In this document: piece by piece, positions 27,194 through 39,548 of the stretch | How the letters are laid out: each line of letters starts with the position of its first letter | Position numbering within the stretch: the stretch's first letter is position 1 | Assembly (NCBI RefSeq): GCF_964204645.1 | Contig: NC_134029.1 | Location: 20,206,950-20,270,949, forward strand | Direction: 5' to 3' | Origin: Tubulanus polymorphus | Taxonomy: Eukaryota > Animalia > Nemertea | DNA length: 64,000 nucleotides | Program-made: the position numbers and the translations under genes | The notes under the pieces: generated by a model | Told to the model about the DNA's origin: nothing | Seen by the model: only the letters and a program-made list of their open reading frames with translations | The model's database searches: none

Positions 27194-27344
27194 ATGAAAT
27201 TCTTTTTTCGACGGTCTTTTAACTTACTATTTAGCCGAATTTGCGACCTTGACAGTAACGCGGAGAATGGCCTCCGGATTAAACAAGCTGAGAATTATAT
27301 TGTAGATTTGAGTTCCGAAGATTTTATCGAAAAATTTGATCGAG
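27194..27344 (+). other. Candidate first coding exon (MKFFFRRSF...EDFIEKFDR+G, phase 1)
   Basis: aaaATG, 50 open codons, donor AG|GTAAAG, upstream TCAGTC initiator-like motifs (~27055-27080). Confidence 0.4.
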
Positions 27345-27509
27345 GTAAAGGAACTGAATTTAACTCATTTGATATGTCTGGGTTCAGACATCAGGCATTT
27401 TTACCTCTGGCATTATTACCTGGATGCGTTGCACAGTCACAGCTTAGGTTTAAGACCAGTCTAAACCCGTCTATGGTTCTATAGCCAATTCAACTACTGT
27501 AGATCTTCG

Positions 27510-27905
27510 GGGCCCGGTTTTATAGACTGGTATTACCTTTAACCCGGGGGTTAACTCAATTGAAAATGAATTAAATTAGCTCCTGGGTTAACCCTTTCAG
27601 TGATGACTAATCAATACCCTATAGCGCTGGAGATAATTTGAAAATTTTGAAAAAATCCACCCTGATGTGTTGAATAACGGGAATACCGCTATAGTGTGTC
27701 TACACCGCGGCCCGGTGTATCGTTAGGTACTAGTATTTCACTATGTTTGACAGGTGCTGCCATTTTTCAAGAGATATAATTACTAATTACATCAATACAC
27801 CTCAGTGCGGTGTACTAGCAAAATCTATCACTGATTTATACACCGCACTGCAGTGTAGATGCACTGAAAGGGTTAAAGGTAATGCTAGTCTATAAAACAG
27901 GGCAC
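27510..27905. mobile_element. Hairpin MITE split by a piggyBac-like MITE; related copy ~35407-35510
   Basis: ttttatagactggtattacctttaaccc / gggttaa[insert]aggtaatgctagtctataaaa. Confidence 0.75.
27592..27872. mobile_element. piggyBac-like MITE, TTAA duplicated on both sides
   Basis: TTAA 27588-27591 and 27873-27876; ccctttcagtg / cactgaaaggg. Confidence 0.9.
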
Positions 27906-28866
27906 TGGGGATCAGAAAATCTGTTCTTAATAACTGATAGTTTGTTATATCTAGTATGAAATTATCCCATTTGGGATGAAATTATTTTTTTGTAATAACT
28001 GATAATCATTATTAGTCTTTGTAACAAGTTTCCACTGTATAAGGAATCGTTTACGGTATTTGAAAGCTTTGAATAAAATGAAGATTTTCATCAGATAGCT
28101 ATGCTTAGCACTGAATCGGGCTGATCAGTTGATAGTGAAAGACTCTTCTTTACTCTGTCGTTGTCATCTGTCGACTATACTGTTTGAAAGGGTTAACACC
28201 GTCCGTGTCTGTTGGATTGATGAGAATTTTGATTTCATTTCATGCATTTATGATCATTTACTACGCAGAACTGATCGTATAAAGCCCTGTGCAGTGTTAT
28301 CATTGATTTTTGCTTGCACCCGATCGTACCGAGATAACGGAAATCCTTTACGCGTCAGACATCACCGTTAAGATAGCCGAAATACCGTGAATCAAAAATT
28401 CGGAGACTCAAAAAAAGTTGGAGATTTTTTACGATGCGTATGACTACATGAGAAAATGTAGTGCGCGTCTAGTTATTTTCACTTCGTTGAGCATAAAAGT
28501 TGCAGTAAAAACCATTTTCAACGTATAGACGAAGTTTCAGAATCAAGTCTTGGCCCTTTAGAATCTTTAACCCACATCCGCGGTTCATATCGAAGCCAAA
28601 CGATGAAACTTTTAACTTCACAATATTATCTATACGATTAGTTACTTCTCTGTGCTATCGCAACCACTTGAATAAAAAGACATTCTCAACTAAGACTCCG
28701 TTTCAAAATCTAGTCTTGGGCCCTTTTTAAGTGTTTAACCCAAGTATCAAGTGGATGTGACGTCCTCATAAATTTAGTTTAAATCGAGACCAAACCTTAT
28801 ACTTCACTATTATCCATGCACTATTGATCAATTTAGTTAGTTCCCTGTACATGCACAGCCACTTAA

Positions 28867-28998
28867 CCCTTTCAGTGCGTCTACACCGCAGTGCGGTGTA
28901 TAAATCAGTGATGGACTTAGCTAGTACACCACACTAGGGTGGGATTTTTCCAATTATCTCCAGCACTATAGGGTATTAATGAGTCAGCACTGAAAGGG
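28867..28998. mobile_element. piggyBac-like MITE, internally deleted, opposite orientation
   Basis: TTAA on both sides, intact TIRs, only 132 bp. Confidence 0.88.
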
Positions 28999-29532
28999 TT
29001 AATAAAAAGACATTTTCTACTAAAGACTCCATTTCATAATCTAGTCTTTAACCAAACTATCGAGTGAATGTCTTCATAAATCTAAATTATGTCGAAGCCA
29101 AATGGGAAAACTTTACCCTTCAAAATTATCCACTATTGATCAAGTTACTTCTCGGTAATATATCGGAGCCACTTAATAGACAGACGTTTTTTCTCTCGCT
29201 TGTCACAGACTGTCGTCTCGTCAGTAGCATCTTCTTACCGTGTTTTCTTATTCATAATCGAATTTGGCACATTGTCAAGCGCGTCTGTTTTTATGATAGA
29301 AACTGACGTGTGTTCAGCCGCGACGTGTCGGAATACTGATGTAACTAAACAATATTACCCGTCGATGAAATATTTACGATTCGTCGTTGCGTATTACCTT
29401 ATGCATTGACATCGCCCGTTATCAGATTACGCCTGACTTTGTTGATACGAACCCGGAGGTGTTTGACGCGTCGCCGATATCTAGCGAAAAGTAAACCGAC
29501 GTTAACGGGGCTAGTAACGACGATGATCGTAA

Positions 29533-29890
29533 AGCCTAGCGCACATCGACACTGCGATTGGAGACAACTAGTTGCAAGGCAGTTTTCGGCGCATGAGAGG
29601 AACTGGCTGGATACGATCAGTTGCTTGAACGTGTCGATGTGAGCGAGCTTGCAATTGGTAAGCGTCGATCTATCTCCAGTTCCACCCAGTTGCTCATGTT
29701 CTACTTTTGAGCAACTGGTTGTACTCAATCGCAGTCATATCTGTCGATGTGCGCGCTCTGGATCTCGACGATCGACACGCGCCATGCAGTTGCTGCAACT
29801 AACCGGTTGTAACTAGATTTCGATGTGCGCGGGGTAATCGTTCGGTAGCAACTAGTTGTCTCCAATCGCAGTGTCGATGTGCGCTAGGCT
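29533..29890. mobile_element. PIF/Harbinger-like MITE with perfect ~43-bp TIRs and TAA TSD
   Basis: taa|agcctagcgcacatcgacactgcgattggagacaactagttgc ... exact reverse complement|taa. Confidence 0.9.
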
Positions 29891-30121
29891 TAAGGGATGA
29901 ACGCTCGTATTCTCATCGGTATAGAGGCTGAATCTTCGTAGAGAAGAAAAGATGTTTGTATCAATGAAAGATCCCCCTCCGGCATGAGTACTCGTCGTAA
30001 TAACAAGGGTATCATCTATTAAACGCAGTCAGCCATTGATTTCTGATTGGGATAATTGCTTAAGAATTTTTCACAAAAAAAAAAACATTTGATGATGGCT
30101 GGACGATAATAGTCGGTATGG

Positions 30122-30277
30122 CAGTGTTTTCAGAAATTAACAAGCCAGGTCCCTTTGAAAAACAGGAGGGTCCCATCATATGTCACAGTCCCGGAAATGA
30201 AAGCTGTTTTGAAAAAACAGGCGGGTCCTTTACAAACGACAGACGGACCTGGGACCTGGCTCTTATTGAAAACACTG
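30122..30277. mobile_element. CAGTG-ended MITE with 5-bp TSD (TATGG)
   Basis: tatgg|cagtgttttca ... tgaaaacactg|tatgg; second copy at 52704. Confidence 0.85.
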
Positions 30278-30531
30278 TATGGGCCTCAATGGATTCTTCA
30301 AAAATGATGACGACGAATATGGATGAAGCCGACACTTTTCTAACAGATCATTCATTCGAATTGTGTTTCAAATCATGCATATTATTTAATACTTCGTCAC
30401 GTTTCGGAAGGGTGGGGCCACTCACCTGAAAATCGGGGAATAATCAATAGTCAGGGAAATTTCTTTTCATTAAAAAAGGTCGCGGAATTTTGTAAAAAGA
30501 AAATAAGCTGGAAATCAGGGAATTGTCACAG

Positions 30532-30713
30532 CAGACGTGTTGGAAGCAATTTGTGATTGCCGTGGCCAAATGCCGATTTTGGACAGGTTCTAAATATTTC
30601 TGCAGCGAATTTACTTAATCTCTCCAAAAACGTGGTATTCAAAGAATACCGTCATTGAGTAAATTATTGCAGCAGCTTTCGCCGCTGCCGTCGCTGCACT
30701 TCCAACGACACTG
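30532..30713. mobile_element. CAG-ended MITE with 5-bp TSD (CACAG), nested in a CAGGGTGGCCAC element; partial inverted copy ~51937-52050
   Basis: cacag|cagacgtgttggaag ... cttccaacgacactg|cacag. Confidence 0.8.
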
Positions 30714-32898
30714 CACAGGGAAATTTGTTTAGATTCCTAGGTTTAGCGTGAAATAAAAAAATCAAACAGTTTCCATCTATGTATTTGACCGTGTAAATTG
30801 ATTCTTAGCAGGTCAAGTCAGAGAAAAAAATGCATGTCAGGGAATAATGGCCACCCTGCTTCTGCCATTTTTATAATTTTGGTGGGTATATATACATGTA
30901 TAAAGAATTGGTTACAGTATTTGAACGATATGAACGAAACAATGATTGTCATCGGATAGCTGTAGTTAGCGCTGAATCAGCCATCAGGAGCCATTTTAGT
31001 ACCTAAACCCTTCCACCCTCGAGAGAGTGAGAGAACTACACTGATTACCGGGGACATGTTGATATTGTTGCCGACGGGCAATCAGCTTTCCCTCTCATTC
31101 TCGCTCGGCGGATTTATATTATTAGCTTTTCACGTCGCATGTATACACAATGGGTTTCGTTGACACCCGTTCCGCACGATACACGATACACGATACGCGT
31201 ATCGATACCGCGTGCGTCTGCTCCGTCGACGTTTCGGCAGCGGCGCGGCGGCGACGACGGAGTTACATGCGCCAATTTGACGCCCGAAGCGCCGCGTAAT
31301 GAAGCCTCGTGGCTGCTCGAACTATGTACATAACGAAAAGGAAAAAAACGAACACTACGTGATTATCGACGATCACGAAATCGCGCACATGAGATCACCT
31401 TATTTCGCGTCGATTTCTGTACTTCGAAAATCATCTGCCCGAAGTTCAGTTCCGACTTCTAATAAGCCGGTATATCCCGCAGTGTTAAGCGCCTTGTCTC
31501 GATTCATTTGTTGTTGGGGCTGCACGTTGCGTTATTGCTGCGTCTTTTCATTCGGTTTCGGTTTCAAATGAATTTGCTAGGTGGTGAACGTCGATAGTTT
31601 GCGAAATGTTTCAAATTTCGCGAATCGATTAACATGTAAGCCGTGAACGTGCACAGACTATAGCCGCGATAACACGAGCATTTTTGGCCCGTGCCAAATT
31701 TGGCTTGGGATAACTGCTCACAAGGGTGCCAATGGGCCTGAGCCTTTTGGGCCAGGGCCAAATTTGGCCGACCAAAAACGTCGGACCAGGCCCGAGCCAA
31801 ATTTTAGCACGAGACAAAAGATTGCGTTTGAATTGCAACTGGTTCCGGAAATGACTCACTTTGCTTTGAACATTGTTGAGTATCTGATGAATGGTTTGCG
31901 TGTGAAGGCACTCTCTAATTAGGCACGGGCCAAATTGGGCCTGAGCCTGATCCGTGCCAATTTGGCCCTGGCCAAATCGTGTCCGTGTGATCGCGCCTTA
32001 TTTTAGCCCGCCTTGAAACTTGTAATCATTAGAATGGTCCTTGAATCATTTTGATTTTACTGACATTTCTGGTTTCAGCAGCTATACACAAACTTTTCGG
32101 TATCATCATTAATGTTTTCAGATATTCCAGGCATGGCCCGGATCAGACCCCGGTTAAATTTTGCCCGTGCCTAGTTAGAGAGCGCGTTCACGCGTAAACC
32201 ACTCACTCATACTATTAACGATAAAGCAAGGTCACTTCCGGAACCACCGTGCATTTGCACAGAATTTAACCCACGTTGAAATTTGGCATGGGCCTGAGTC
32301 TGATGTTTTGGTCAAGCTAAATTTGGCCCGGGTCAAACAGGCACGGGCCCTGTTGGCACCCATGTGAACGTTGGCCTGCGCCAAAATGCTTTAGTGCTCG
32401 TAGCTATCATTAATATCGTGCTCTCTCGCTTTGATTTGTTTTTTTTAATGCTTTCCGCGTCTTCAAATATTTGATCCACGTTACTCGATGGTGGTTTTTC
32501 CTCCGCGGCATTCAAGTAGGGCGAAGGGAATTGTCACAAACTGATAAAAACCATTTCATGTGTTTATAATGAGCCTGTTTTTATTTCGTCGAACCTCGTC
32601 GGGTTGATGCGGTTTCAGCTCACTCGACTAGCGGTTTCTACGTTCACAGCGGTCGACAGTGGAAACGACGTGTTCATCCATTAAAAATGGATAGGATTGC
32701 CGCCGCCGCCTTAGTCGTTGTCGTCGACGATATCAAAGATTTGGCTCATTACCATTCCTGTGAGCAACTTCCTTTCGCGTTTCGTAGAATCGAAGCGTCA
32801 TTCCGCAGTTACACGAAGAATTTCACGCTGGAAATGAACTGAGCGCGGCGCGTGCATACGATCAAACAATCTTGAGAAAAAATACTGAAATGATCTTC

Positions 32899-33371
<473 letters not shown>

Positions 33372-34088
33372 AAATGGTGCCGGTAATTTGTTTTCGCGTT
33401 ATTTCACCGTGTTTTGAATTACGGGCCGCGTTGTCGCTAATGTTTGTCATCATCGAGTTGAAATTAAGAATAAAAAACACATTTGAAGTCGGTGCTATAT
33501 TATTACTACTCCGCTACACTGCTATCATCACGGAGACGATTTGGCACGGGCCAAACTGGCACGGATCAGACTCCAGCTCCCTCCCCCGAGTCAAAATTTG
33601 GCCCGGGGCCTAATTAGAGACCGGGTTCACATGTAAACCACTCACTCAATACTACTTCGCAGAAATTTGGGGGGGGGGTTTCGGCACACCTTGGTGGCAC
33701 CCTGATTATATGAATGTTTCATCAAAGCTTGTCATATTTTGTATCTGCAGGCAATTATCTTTCATTCAGTGTGTAAGGCATCAAAATTGGAGTAGTTCTG
33801 ACCGAGTTGATACCATTTTGAAATATAAACTGCTACCTAATTAGCCGAAATAAAGAAATCGCTCGTGCAATGTAGGAAGTTTTTGAATCGAAACGGTAGA
33901 TACGAAAGGGTTAATGTTAAGATTGCCTCCTGGGTTGAAGCAGTACGTTTCCAATGCTTTATCTTTTAGAGTTAAATTCAACAGAGAACTGAGTAACTAT
34001 TAATCCGGGGCATTAAACAAAAAGAATCGCTTTTAAGTCACGTGTCGGGGCTGTGCAGTATTCTCCATCTTTGAAGATGATCACTGTT

Positions 34089-34144
34089 CTGTCTGTCTGT
34101 CCGTCCGTCCGTCCGTCCGTCCGTCCGTCCGTCCGTCCGTCCGT

Positions 34145-34176
<32 letters not shown>

Positions 34177-34355
34177 CAGTCAGTCAGTCAGTCAGTCAGT
34201 CAGTCAGTCAGTCAGTCAGTCAGTCAGTCAGTCAGTCAGTCAGTCAGTCAGTCAGTCAGTCAGTCAGTCAGTCAGTCAGTCAGTCAGTCAGTCAGTCAGT
34301 CAGTCAGTCAGTCAGTCAGTCAGTCAGTCAGTCAGTCAGTCAGTCTGTCTGTCTG
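34089..34355. repeat. Compound tetranucleotide microsatellite (CTGT)n(CCGT)n(CAGT)n(CTGT)n
   Basis: Directly visible. Confidence 0.97.
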
Positions 34356-35512
34356 AAATAAATGACTGTCAATCGTTCAGATTTTTATTGGTGCATTCAA
34401 CGTGTGGGCGCGCGGTTTCAGATCGTATTTATACGCGACGCGAAATCTCGACGATCTATCGAACGCGTTCTGAAAGAGACAATTTTCTCGCTCTGTGTCG
34501 GCGGGTAACGAGTTTATCAAACAAAGTCCGCGATCAATTTGAAATCTCCGTAGCGGGGCGCGCGCGCGCGTGATTGATGCGAGTTCCTACGTATATACTC
34601 GCCACGTCGTCGGTTTGCGACCCGGGGTCCCGATTATTGCGCTCGGCGGACGGTTTATCGCCGTGGTTACCGCCGGCGGCGGCAGCATCGATTACGCATA
34701 TGATCGCCTCGATATTTTATCGATGGATTTTTTTCTCTCACTCGCGAAAATTACGAGCGTGAACGGGTTTTAATGAAGTGATGGGTAATAAATTTCCGAC
34801 TCGACTCGGATCGATGCGATACGGCGATGGCTTCTCGTGATCGGCTGTTTTATCGACTGCGCTTAATACGCGATTTCGGTCGTAGAAGATGCAAACCTTA
34901 AATCAACAGTGACTTCGATTGCGACGGGTATCGAGACGTAAGCCACGTTCACTAGCTACCAGTGGTTAGACCGTTCTAAATGGGTCCGTACCTGGATTGT
35001 GTAAATTTAGTGCCTAATCAGAGCGCGCATTCACACACACAAACGCATACCTAAAAAGTGGTCAATTAGAATGTGCCGATTGAAGATTGCAGTTTATCAA
35101 TATATCTTTACACATCAATCTATGGTAAATTCTATTAGGACATTTTCAGAACAACAGATATTGGAACCAGTTTCTGTCCACATACACGGAAATTTAGTCC
35201 GTTCCAAATTTCGATGCGGCTAAGGCAAATGAGGCTTAGGTGAAATTTGGGCTAATCTGAATAGATGTTTTGAGACCCGCTCTATGAATTCAATTAGCTA
35301 CTGAGAATATATGCCCCGCAGGCATGGCCAGTTTTGAGGCAAGGCATAAATCAATGAAATTTTTTCGAATATTGAGGTTGCTTTTATATATTGAACTCAT
35401 GATATCCTGTAGCTGGTTTTACAGATTGATATTTACTCTAACGAGGGGTTAACTCAATTAAAAATGAATTGACTAAACCCGGGTTAAAGTTGATACCAGT
35501 CTGTGGGCCCAG

Positions 35513-35650
35513 GGGCCCGTTGCAAAGTCATGGCTTAGACTTAAGACCAGTCTAAGACCAACTAAGTTCTAGAGCCAATCTAACAACTTAAGAACAGTCT
35601 TAAGATTTAAGACCCTTTTTGGACTTAAGTCACGACTGTGCAACTGGCCC
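35513..35650. mobile_element. Harbinger-like MITE (ttaagaccagtc family); adjacent diverged copy ~35654-35779; fragments ~27421-27496, ~58645-58724
   Basis: gggcccgttgca / tgcaactggccc TIR flanked by cag / ctg. Confidence 0.8.
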
Positions 35651-36335
35651 CTGGTGTCGTTTCCATAGTCATGACTTAAGATCAGTCTAAGACTATCTTA
35701 GTTCTATAGCTTATCTAACAGCTTCAGACCAGTCTAAAGATTTAAGACCAATATCGGACTTAAGTCTATGGAACCGGCCATTTGATAATGACAACACTTC
35801 AGGAAGAATCAGCCCATAGTTTTCATATGTATTCCGAAGCTTTTCTAATGAACGAAATTAGACCCGTGCGACAATCTTGGATACATACCAAGTATGCTCG
35901 TTTCCAATTCCTATGTTACTCGTAATTGAATTGAAAATATTTTTGGAATGTTTTCAATCGAAGCCGACAGCTCAGGAATGTTCGGCAGAAGGTGATCTTG
36001 GTGTGGGATATAAACCTGAATCATAACCGCGCGGTAGACGTCTTCTTGAGTAGTTTGTATATTACGCAAAGGTTGCGGATTAGAAAATTCTGGAACGCTA
36101 CGAACAACAACAACAGGCCGACGGTCTATCCTCCTGTAGCAGCGATCGGCGGTGATTAGTCTGATTTTCATATAGGTTCGTAGAGCTCGAAATAACCATC
36201 AACTCATCCTCGCCATCGTACGTAGCGCTCATTGGATGCTGAGTCGATCCATCCCTGCAGCTATTCACTCATTATCTATAGCTCCCGTAGCATGCTTATA
36301 GTCGATGATACCTAGGATAGGAAAGAGCGAGAGAG

Positions 36336-37295
36336 ATGACTGAGTTGGAATTTCGAACGGAGAACTTCGAAGATTTCTACGAGCTGACCGACGACGTGCT
36401 CGGCAACGGCCGGTTCTCGGTCGTGTGGCGTTGCGCGGAGATCGCGACCGGGCGCGAGTACGCGGCGAAAATCATCAAGAAAAAACGCTACAAGTCGAGC
36501 AGTCGGCGCGGCGCGCTGTCGATCGACGACATCAAGCGCGAGGCGGCCATTTTGAACGATTTGGCGCACGAGAACGTGATATCGATACACGACGCGTTCG
36601 AGAATGGTAACCAGGTCGTTCTGGTTCTCGAACTGGTGACCGGCGGCGAACTGTTCGAGTATCTGTCCGAGAAGGATCATCTGACGGAAGCAGAGGCTGT
36701 CGCGTTCTTGAAACAGATTCTGACGGGCGTCAAACATATGCACGAAAAGAACATCGCACATCTAGACTTGAAACCGGAGAATATAATGCTGATGAACCAC
36801 GGCAGTAACGTTTTGAAGCTGATCGATTTCGGCTTGTCGAAGAGGATGGCTCCGAACGAGGAGTTGAGGGAGATGATGGGCACGCCGGAGTTCGTCGCGC
36901 CGGAGGTGATCAATTTCGAGCCGTTGTCGGTGAACACGGACATGTGGAGCATCGGCGTGATCGCGTACCTGCTCGTCAGCGGCCGGCTGCCGTTCCACGC
37001 CGAAAACAAACAGGCGACGTACGCGAAAATATCGGCGAACGATTACCGGTTCGCCGAGGACGAGTTCGCGTCGGTCAGCGAACGCGCGAAGGATTTCATC
37101 GCGAGGTTGCTGGTGAAGGATCCGCGCCGGCGTATGGACGTGCGCGCGTGTTTCGAGCACCCGTGGATGAAAGCCGCGGACGACGACGTCACCGGACGCA
37201 AACAGGAGCTGCTCATCAAACTCGAAGCGATGGATATTAAATCGCTGAGGACTTACGTTACGAACAAACGGATTAACCTAGCTTATCGGTCTTAA
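36336..37295 (+). CDS. Death-associated protein kinase (DAPK)-family Ser/Thr kinase, single-exon, kinase domain plus short tail (319 aa)
   Basis: GNGRFSVV loop, AAK lysine, DAPK basic loop KKKRYKSSSRRG, LELVTGGELF, HLDLKPEN, DFG, GTPEFVAPEVINFEPL, DMWSIGVI. In-frame TAG at 36318-36320 upstream of the ATG. No ankyrin/ROC/death domain. Confidence 0.93.
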   Translation: MTELEFRTENFEDFYELTDDVLGNGRFSVVWRCAEIATGREYAAKIIKKKRYKSSSRRGALSIDDIKREAAILNDLAHENVISIHDAFENGNQVVLVLELVTGGELFEYLSEKDHLTEAEAVAFLKQILTGVKHMHEKNIAHLDLKPENIMLMNHGSNVLKLIDFGLSKRMAPNEELREMMGTPEFVAPEVINFEPLSVNTDMWSIGVIAYLLVSGRLPFHAENKQATYAKISANDYRFAEDEFASVSERAKDFIARLLVKDPRRRMDVRACFEHPWMKAADDDVTGRKQELLIKLEAMDIKSLRTYVTNKRINLAYRS

Positions 37296-37767
37296 TTACG
37301 ATTCATGTTGATACATATTGTATATATCATAAATGCTTCCGGCTTAGATACGGATAACAGCGTGAAGCACGGACCGGATTAGCGACGACAGCGGGCGCCG
37401 CTGACAATTTCTTATTCACTCGGGATAACGATGATTTTATTTTCATCCACGGGAAATTTGACGATGTCCACATTCTCTCTCTTCTTGATTATTAATTAGA
37501 GACTATAAACGGTTCGGTTTTCCTGTGAACCTGTTCTTTCCATACACTTCAATCGGAATTAATTTTCTTTTACGTGCCATGGAGATATTAAACGAACACG
37601 TGATTCTGCGTTGTCTTCAAAACGTCGTTTGTTTCTTCTTTTTTTTTGGTGTATGGAAACTTATTAGAAAAACAATGTACAACTTCACTACTGGGAACAT
37701 GGTCAGATTTCATAAGATAAAGGAGTATTAACTTTTGAGGTTGAAAACAAACTGTTTTTTTTTTTAA

Positions 37768-38056
37768 CCCTTTCAGTGCTGACTAATCAATACTCTATAG
37801 TGCTGGAGAAAATTTGAAAATTTTGAAAAATTCCACCCTAGTGTGTTGAATAACGGGAATACCACTATAGTGCGTCTACACCGCAGCGCAGTGTATCATT
37901 AGTTACTAGTATTTCACTATGTTTGACAGGTGCTGCCATTTTTCCAAGAGAGATAATTACTAATTACTAATTAAATTGATACACCGCAGTGCAGTGTACT
38001 CGCAAAATCTATCACCAATTCATACACCGCACTGCGGTGTAAACCCTCTGAAAGGG
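37768..38056. mobile_element. piggyBac-like MITE
   Basis: TTAA on both sides; ccctttcag / ctgaaaggg. Confidence 0.88.
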
Positions 38057-38727
38057 TTAAACTTATTTGAGTTAGAAACACTTTTGAATTGGAAACAAAG
38101 ATTTTCATTTCGATTTTGACCGGTCTTTTAGTTAGTTATTGAGTCATCGCAATGCATCTGGATCATACAGATGATTTGGTTTCGGTAAAAATGGCTCGGA
38201 CTAGACCTGAGTCGATTGAGAGAGCATGTTCACTTAAGCGAATCACTCATTCGTTACTCGAATAGCGCATAGGTATCAATGTACATAAACATGATTGTAT
38301 CAACAGCGTAAAAAAAATGCCTGATACGTTTTCTGACACGGAGCTTTCATATAATTGATAATAGTCGTGGATAGAAATCTTGTTACCGCGCGTGGTTTTT
38401 TCTATACGCAGAAATGACTTCGATTCAGTTGATTTACTGAGCGGCCCACGACAACAAATATCGCGTTACTTCTCCCCTCGGCAAACAATACAAATATCTA
38501 TTGCAAGTTGACAACGAGGCGGGCAGATTATGCACGTATGTTTACAGCAACAAATAGTTGCAAATCACATTGAACACGATCTGATCTGATCCGATGTTCC
38601 AGCGAGGAGGAAGAGGGTGATGAGGAGGTTGGAGGAGGTAGACTGATAATTGCAGCAGCAGCAACAACAGCGACGCCGATTGTCAGCCAGGTATACAATA
38701 TCTAAATACCCTATTTATTGCCAAGAG

Positions 38728-38769
<42 letters not shown>

Positions 38770-39035
38770 CAAGGTTACTTATATATCAAAGACTAATCTG
38801 CTTGTAATGTCTGGAAGGTTGAAATGCGCTACATATCCATCCATTAGCCATTCCACGTTTAGTTACTTTATGCCACTATATTCTACTATCCACAAACAAA
38901 CGCGCCGTTGTAGTATTAACGAAACGATAATTCTTATTTGTTAAGATAGCAACTGAAGGTCGGGCTTTCCTCGTTTATCTCGCTCGGGTTACTGAAAACT
39001 CGATCTGCTGGCTGTTCTAGTCACTCACCCTATCA

Positions 39036-39548
39036 CACCCTCGCTTGCCAGGGTTTGATTGCCTACCGCCGAAGCTCGCACGAACACAAACCCTGGCCGC
39101 AGCCCAAGATTTCTTGGGCGGACAGGGCGAACTTCGGTTATCGGAGTTAGTCGACTATAGTCAAATTAAACTGAAACCAATTGTCATTAGTTGGAATTAT
39201 GGTTCGAAAGTATAGTGAAGCCACCAGATGAGCACAGCCGCTGTTCAGACTTTGATTCCAAGATGGCCGACACTATGAAATGTGTTAAGACCAACCTATA
39301 GTGCGTCAAGTTATAAGCTCCAATGACTAGTCGACTAATTTGAAAACCAAAGTTCGCGTATTAAGCCAATCAGATGGGTTCTTTTTCATTGGTAGGTTCG
39401 CTCTATCAATACCACGCATTTGATTGGCTGTAGACTGGTGGCCGCTGAGCGGCAACCCCATTGTGATAAACCGATGAGGGGTTCGTGTCCAGGGTCCGCA
39501 TTGGCATAACTTCGGCGGTAGGCAATCAAACCGTGGTAAGTGTTGATG
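39036..39548. mobile_element. Mutator-like non-autonomous element
   Basis: TIR core ggtttgattgcctaccgccgaag / cttcggcggtaggcaatcaaacc; degenerate 9-bp flanks accctatca / agccaatca. Confidence 0.7.

Noticed and set aside
34053-34361. SVRP/SVSQ repeat ORF
   Set aside because: Translation of the tetranucleotide microsatellite.
36312-37240. ORFs overlapping the kinase on other frames and strands
   Set aside because: Shadow ORFs expected from GC-rich codon usage.
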